This document shows positions 56,431 through 60,193 of a DNA stretch of 60,193 nt, in pieces. Source of the DNA: a virus (taxonomy: Duplodnaviria; Caudoviricetes); IMG/VR virus record IMGVR_UViG_3300030104_006323, positions 1 to 60,193 of that record; one strand, given 5' to 3'. The translations under genes were made by a program, and so were the position numbers. The notes below the pieces were generated by a model. The model was given only the letters and a program-made list of their open reading frames with translations, searched no databases and had not been told where the DNA came from. Positions within the stretch are counted from its first letter, which is position 1; every line of letters begins with the position of its first letter.

Positions 56431-56628
56431 TTAATGGTTTATATTATTTAGAAATACAACACTATCTAAAATGTTGTTGGTTTCTGAGTCAAACAAATCT
56501 TCTTCAAGATGATTTAATCTCATCACTTCAGAATCGTTATTGAATCTATAATTTATGTCGCAGTTATCAATGTTTCCATGTTCTGCTTCTAAGTTTTCAA
56601 TAATTTTTTTAAGGTCTTTAATTTTCAT
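56431..56628 (-). CDS. hypothetical early protein
   Basis: ORF track. Confidence 0.65.
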   Translation of the reverse strand: MKIKDLKKIIENLEAEHGNIDNCDINYRFNNDSEVMRLNHLEEDLFDSETNNILDSVVFLNNINH

Positions 56629-56849
56629 TCTTTTGATTTTAAGTTATACTTTTCCATTGCAACTATATCAATGGCTTCAAAGATAGTTTGATATACTGAT
56701 TCACTGCTCAAAGCATCATTTAAACATTCCCAAGCAGTATCATCATCACACTTATAATTCATCTGTACATCATCAATATGCCATAAGCTATCAACATATC
56801 CTTTTTCTTTTAATTTATCTCTAAGTTTTAATGTTTCTTTATATCCCAT
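56625..56849 (-). CDS. hypothetical early protein
   Basis: ORF track; LWHIDDVQ. Confidence 0.7.
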   Translation of the reverse strand: MGYKETLKLRDKLKEKGYVDSLWHIDDVQMNYKCDDDTAWECLNDALSSESVYQTIFEAIDIVAMEKYNLKSKE

Positions 56850-56860
56850 AATTATTAATT

Positions 56861-57208
56861 TTAAATAGAATTTAATCGTATACTGTATGCGCTTTCTAAT
56901 CTTTTTTGATTTTCCTCGTAGCTAACATACGCCCACTTATCATCAGAATAATAATGATTAGTTAATTGATGAAAATATTTTTTTAACATCTCACTAATTG
57001 AAACTAACCGCTTATCTTCTTTCCAATTCTCTATGTTGCAGTCGCTACAAACTCTGCCCAACATTCCACCACCTAAGTAGTTTTGATATGCTGTCATTTT
57101 ACCATTGGGATATTCCCAATCCGCAAGAGATATCTCAATCCCCCCACCGCGTGAGTTATATTTTTCTCTTATAATTGCTTGCTCTATTATTGTATTTGTG
57201 TTTTCCAT
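56861..57208 (-). CDS. hypothetical early protein
   Basis: ORF track; AYQNYLGGGMLG. Confidence 0.7.
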   Translation of the reverse strand: MENTNTIIEQAIIREKYNSRGGGIEISLADWEYPNGKMTAYQNYLGGGMLGRVCSDCNIENWKEDKRLVSISEMLKKYFHQLTNHYYSDDKWAYVSYEENQKRLESAYSIRLNSI

Positions 57209-57212
57209 AATT

Positions 57213-57243
57213 CAAATTTAAGTTATTTTTATTTATTGTGCAA
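57213..57243 (-). promoter_or_regulatory. Bacteroidota-type promoter, possibly giving a leaderless mRNA
   Basis: - strand TTG (57243-57241), 20 nt, TAAATTTG (57220-57213), only 4 nt before the ATG at 57208. Confidence 0.5.
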
Positions 57244-57373
57244 CTTTTGTTGACAAAAAGTTTATTTCAATCTGTTCTCCAACCTTATATTTAGGAGAAA
57301 TAAGTTTTTTTAATCGCCTTAATTCTCTGGCTTTTCTAACCGCATACATGATCTGATATTCTTTTCTGTGCAT
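57233..57373 (-). CDS. 46-aa basic hypothetical protein (MHRKEYQIMY...)
   Basis: hand translation; TAATG coupling. Confidence 0.55.
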   Translation of the reverse strand: MHRKEYQIMYAVRKARELRRLKKLISPKYKVGEQIEINFLSTKVAQ

Positions 57374-57678
57374 TACCATATTAAATCTAAATATTCCATT
57401 TGTCCTTTTTCATAAGGAACAGAAGCTATTAAATAATTTAATCTGTTTACATAATGAAAGCCCTGAACTATATATAATTTATCATCTACCTCAATTAATG
57501 TCCAGATAAATTTATCATCATGTTTTTTTACATATTCTAAATCCCTACCATATGTCTCAAAGTATTGCGGAGAGCCACCGCATTGAGCTTCTGTTTGCCC
57601 CTCTTTATATTCAGGGTGTTCCAAATGATTATATATTGGTTTATATTTGTCGTAAAATAAATCGCTGTTTTCTGTCAT
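57373..57678 (-). CDS. hypothetical early protein
   Basis: ORF track; FETYG...IWT...GFHYVNRLNY. Confidence 0.75.
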   Translation of the reverse strand: MTENSDLFYDKYKPIYNHLEHPEYKEGQTEAQCGGSPQYFETYGRDLEYVKKHDDKFIWTLIEVDDKLYIVQGFHYVNRLNYLIASVPYEKGQMEYLDLIW

Positions 57679-57680
57679 AG

Positions 57681-57878
57681 TTATTGATTTTTTAATTCTG
57701 TTTCTTTTTCAAATTGCGCGTGTCTTTTCCAATAAGAAAAAAACATTTCAATTTCTTCAATATCTTTTGCAAATTCTTTTTGTTGACCTCTTGCATAAAT
57801 ATTATCTATTATCTCGTTTACATGATGCTCTACTTTTTTCAAGTCATCAATTAAAAATCCTTGTAAATTTTCGTCCAT
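57681..57878 (-). CDS. hypothetical early protein (start MDENLQG)
   Basis: 3' part of track ORF 57681..57938; A-rich leader before the ATG at 57878. Confidence 0.6.
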   Translation of the reverse strand: MDENLQGFLIDDLKKVEHHVNEIIDNIYARGQQKEFAKDIEEIEMFFSYWKRHAQFEKETELKNQ

Positions 57879-57899
57879 AGTTATTTGTTTAATTTTAAA

Positions 57900-57967
57900 A
57901 TAATTAGCGTGTGATTTCTCGGACAATTCCATGCACATAGTTTTTTTATACTTGTCGCACTAATCAT
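57900..57967 (-). ncRNA. candidate structured cis RNA
   Basis: 10-bp stem AUGAUUAGUG/CGCUAAUUAU enclosing GACAA/UUGUC and a CUAU-GUGC-AUGG hairpin. Confidence 0.4.
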
Positions 57968-57972
57968 TTTAT

Positions 57973-58134
57973 TTAATTTAAAGGTTTATAATCCTCATCA
58001 AGTGGATTTTCAAAATCTCTTATAATTTCAATAGGAACTAAAATAATTTCTTTGGTTTCTTTATGTTCCCAAATTTCTAATTCTCCACCTACTTTGGTAC
58101 AAGAATATTCGTAATCTTTTTTATCTATTTTCAT
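57973..58134 (-). CDS. 53-aa hypothetical protein (MKIDKKDYEYSC...)
   Basis: hand translation; fills the gap. Confidence 0.65.
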   Translation of the reverse strand: MKIDKKDYEYSCTKVGGELEIWEHKETKEIILVPIEIIRDFENPLDEDYKPLN

Positions 58135-58135
58135 T

Positions 58136-58450
58136 TTATCTAAATTTATTATTAATTAATACTTCTTTGATTTTTTCAATTTTGAGATTTATCATATCAA
58201 TTTGGAAATACATTTTATCTTTATGGTGTTTCCAATTTGGAATTTTTTTGTCGTTGTCTCTATGAATATATGACCAGAGGCGCGTTTCTTCCTGTTGTAA
58301 TTCAATTAATTCATTGACTAAAAATTCTCTATTATCTTTGCTCAAAAAATTTTGGTCTTTTAACCACATTAAATGGTCTTGTTCTTCTTGCTCAGCTTCA
58401 GCTTCTGCCTTTTTGCGCCAAGCTTCTCTTTGTGATTCTGATATTTTCAT
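58136..58450 (-). CDS. hypothetical early protein
   Basis: ORF track. Confidence 0.7.
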   Translation of the reverse strand: MKISESQREAWRKKAEAEAEQEEQDHLMWLKDQNFLSKDNREFLVNELIELQQEETRLWSYIHRDNDKKIPNWKHHKDKMYFQIDMINLKIEKIKEVLINNKFR

Positions 58451-58463
58451 TTTAATTAATTTA

Positions 58464-58518
58464 AGTTAAGACCGCGCTTGGTGGCGCGGTTTCGGACTTC
58501 AGCCCTCATCAGTTAACT
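58464..58518 (-). ncRNA. type I hammerhead ribozyme
   Basis: AGUUAA-CUGAUGA-GGGC(UGAA)GUCC-GAAA-CCGCGC(CACCAA)GCGCGG-UC^UUAACU; complete core, three stems, GUC cleavage triplet (cut between 58470 and 58469). Confidence 0.95.
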
Positions 58519-58520
58519 AT

Positions 58521-59087
58521 TTAAGCTTTTTGGAAATTCTCCAATCTTTTAAGTTTTTCCGCGTTGGGTAAAGTGTCCCAATCACTTGGCTTTTCCCAGT
58601 TTGGAATTTGACTTTTCATTGTAGCAAATACAATTTTCTCTTTGTATTTAATCTGATCTGAAACGCTTTCTTTATTAGTCGATAGGTCTCCCAATAATAA
58701 AAATGTTTTCGCCATATTTAAAGCAGGATTTTTTGGCTCTGGCTTATCATCTAAAATTCCCTGATAGTCAGAATAAAATATTTTATTTAATTCCTTTGTT
58801 TTATAAGTACCTTTATTAATTAGGTCTTCAAGCTCATCAGTACTTAATTTAATAGCGTTTGCCCTGTCAATTTTCCAACTGCATTGAGTCATCTGCTTTG
58901 CAGTAGATGAGGAGTAACGGCTTTTATTTTCGTACCATTGACCGCCTACGCTGACAAATACAGGATAATAACCATATGACCTGACCACATACGCCCCCTT
59001 TTCAAATTCTGCGCTTAAATTGTTTGCCTGAAATTCTAATTTTTTAGCTACATATTCCGCGCTGTTTTTATTACTTATTCTATCCAT
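58521..59087 (-). CDS. hypothetical early protein flanked by two ribozymes
   Basis: ORF track; YVVRSYGYYP...WYEN..RYSSSTAKQ N-terminal domain plus a separate C-terminal PSDWDTL domain. Confidence 0.8.
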   Translation of the reverse strand: MDRISNKNSAEYVAKKLEFQANNLSAEFEKGAYVVRSYGYYPVFVSVGGQWYENKSRYSSSTAKQMTQCSWKIDRANAIKLSTDELEDLINKGTYKTKELNKIFYSDYQGILDDKPEPKNPALNMAKTFLLLGDLSTNKESVSDQIKYKEKIVFATMKSQIPNWEKPSDWDTLPNAEKLKRLENFQKA

Positions 59088-59106
59088 TTTATTTAATTTA
59101 TGTTAT

Positions 59107-59172
59107 ACAACGCCAACCCCTAAGGGCTGACCGCGTTGGGCTTAATGCCTGTTTATACTCGCCCAAACGAGT
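59107..59172 (-). ncRNA. pistol ribozyme
   Basis: P1 ACUCG/CGAGU with loop UUUGGG; AUAAACAG; P2 GCA/UGU; UUAAG; pseudoknot CCCAA; GCG; P3 GUCAGCCC(UUAG)GGGUUGGC; G^U site (cut between 59111 and 59110). Confidence 0.9.
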
Positions 59173-59377
59173 TTTTAAATTCCTCTATGTATAAGTTTAT
59201 TAACACATAGAACAGGAATACTTGGAACGCTAAGATTAACCCAAACACCCCAAGCGCAACGAATCCCTCGATTTCTTTTGCAACTTCCCACATCATGCGC
59301 ACTGCTGAGATTAAAACAACTGAACAACACGCGCCCAGAATTAGAACTTGAATTTTTTTTGCTATTGAATTTTTCAT
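59153..59377 (-). CDS. two-TM small membrane protein, first gene of the early operon
   Basis: two hydrophobic helices; its last codons and stop form the pistol P1 and AUAAA linker. Confidence 0.7.
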   Translation of the reverse strand: MKNSIAKKIQVLILGACCSVVLISAVRMMWEVAKEIEGFVALGVFGLILAFQVFLFYVLINLYIEEFKNSFGRV

Positions 59378-59407
59378 ATTAAGTTTATTTAATGTTTATA
59401 ATTAGTA

Positions 59408-59437
59408 CAAATATAGTATAATTCTTTATATAAACAA
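59408..59437 (-). promoter_or_regulatory. early promoter
   Basis: - strand TTG (59437-59435), 19 nt, TATATTTG (59415-59408), 30 nt before the ATG at 59377. Confidence 0.75.
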
Positions 59438-59859
59438 GCCTATAAATAAAAAAATATTTACTTGCACCTGACGACACGCCTTAACTTGCTGAGAGTCAAC
59501 GACTTATGATTGAAAAAAAATATAATTTATTTTATTATTTGTTTTGTCTTTTGTTATTTCGCTGAGGGATAAAGGGAAGGTTTCTTTTATTTCTTTAAAA
59601 TAATTTTGTGAAACGAGGGAAGGTAACCCCCCAAACAAACAACAAGAAACCCCAAACGATAAACGACAAAGGGCGCAGAGCTTAGAGCTTACGCGGTTCG
59701 TAGGTGTGCGCTGAACCGCCACAGAAAAAGCTAAAAACTTTCGGAAAAAAAATTTAAAAAAATATTTCGTGTCGCAAAAAAAATCACTTTTCCTTTTGGG
59801 GGTAGCAATCGTATAGTATAGTATTATCCTCAACCCCCAGATAACTAAAAAAAAATTAT

Positions 59860-59867
59860 TATCTTTG
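59860..59867 (+). promoter_or_regulatory. -7 promoter box
   Basis: TATCTTTG 15 nt before the ATG at 59883. Confidence 0.55.
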
Positions 59868-59882
59868 ATAAAAATTAAAGCT

Positions 59883-60092
59883 ATGTATAAAGATCCAAGT
59901 ACAAACAACTATGTAGACGGCCTGTATATTAAAGACGGTAGGTTAATTAACGACAGACCTCCAGGAGAGTCAGGCATAGCAAGAGCAGCATCTATAAAGA
60001 GAGCTGTAAAAAATGATAGAAAAATAAATCAAATAGCTGAGGGCATTCAACTTGCTGAAGACAAGAAGAACTTCAATCAGTTATATTTTTAA
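59883..60092 (+). CDS. hypothetical protein (MYKDPSTNNYVDGLYIKDGRLINDRP...)
   Basis: ATG at 59883; bounded by a promoter box and a terminator. Confidence 0.7.
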   Translation: MYKDPSTNNYVDGLYIKDGRLINDRPPGESGIARAASIKRAVKNDRKINQIAEGIQLAEDKKNFNQLYF

Positions 60093-60133
60093 AAAAACAA
60101 ATTTCCCTATTTGTTCTGTTTTGATTTGAGTTG

Positions 60134-60165
60134 AAAAGAGTTTCTTAAGTGAAGCTCTTTTTTTT
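60134..60165 (+). terminator. intrinsic terminator, possibly bidirectional
   Basis: AAAAGAGTTTC-TTAAGT-GAAGCTCTTTTTTTT. Confidence 0.8.
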
Positions 60166-60190
60166 GTCATATATATGACGACTTTATGAC
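60166..60190. repeat. ATGAC repeats including the perfect palindrome GTCATATATATGAC
   Basis: GTCAT at 60166; ATGAC at 60175 and 60186; same motif as 41-152, which suggests the window ends join. Confidence 0.7.
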
Positions 60191-60193
60191 GAA

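Noticed and set aside
59504-59908. 134-aa minus-strand ORF
   Set aside because: Low-complexity F/K translation of A/T tracts; it overlaps a promoter and the + strand gene
1-60193. Stop-codon reassignment as in some crAss-like phages
   Set aside because: Long genes are intact in the standard code, and TAA, TAG and TGA all end tightly packed genes
1-60193. Prophage or host chromosomal origin suggested by groEL/groES
   Set aside because: The chaperonins are divergent and embedded among phage genes; no integrase, att site or other host housekeeping gene was seen

Overview
The window looks like an essentially complete ~60 kb genome of an AT-rich, short-tailed dsDNA phage, opened at an arbitrary point. 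The host is inferred to be Bacteroidota/Flavobacteriia from TAnnTTTG promoter boxes and a BT4734-type primase. The + arm (192-46126) carries GroEL/GroES, a cluster of small Lys-rich proteins with an HEXXH peptidase, an envelope/lysis block, tail fibres, a second GroES-like protein, terminase, portal, scaffold, major capsid, crAss-like ring/muzzle proteins and three ejection proteins. The - arm (46020-59377) carries replication/recombination genes (primase-helicase, SF2 helicase, VRR-NUC, SSB, Sak3-like annealase, exonuclease, two DnaA-domain-IV-like proteins) and many small early genes. I recognised no DNA polymerase, RNA polymerase, integrase, tRNA or CRISPR array. Main observations: (1) a pistol ribozyme and a type I hammerhead ribozyme bracket one early ORF and should excise a 641-nt 5'-OH/2',3'-cyclic-phosphate mRNA; (2) two more unexplained structured RNAs sit at the same position upstream of other early genes; (3) a 54-aa basic gene (MPFKSQAQRRWMY...) is overprinted in the +1 frame of the 2155-aa ejection protein; (4) a predicted outer-membrane beta-barrel and a Cys-less thioredoxin-fold protein are coupled to the lysis genes; (5) two homologous ATGAC-repeat/AT-rich elements could be origins or operators. 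All family assignments come from reading motifs by eye; no database search or folding program was run.
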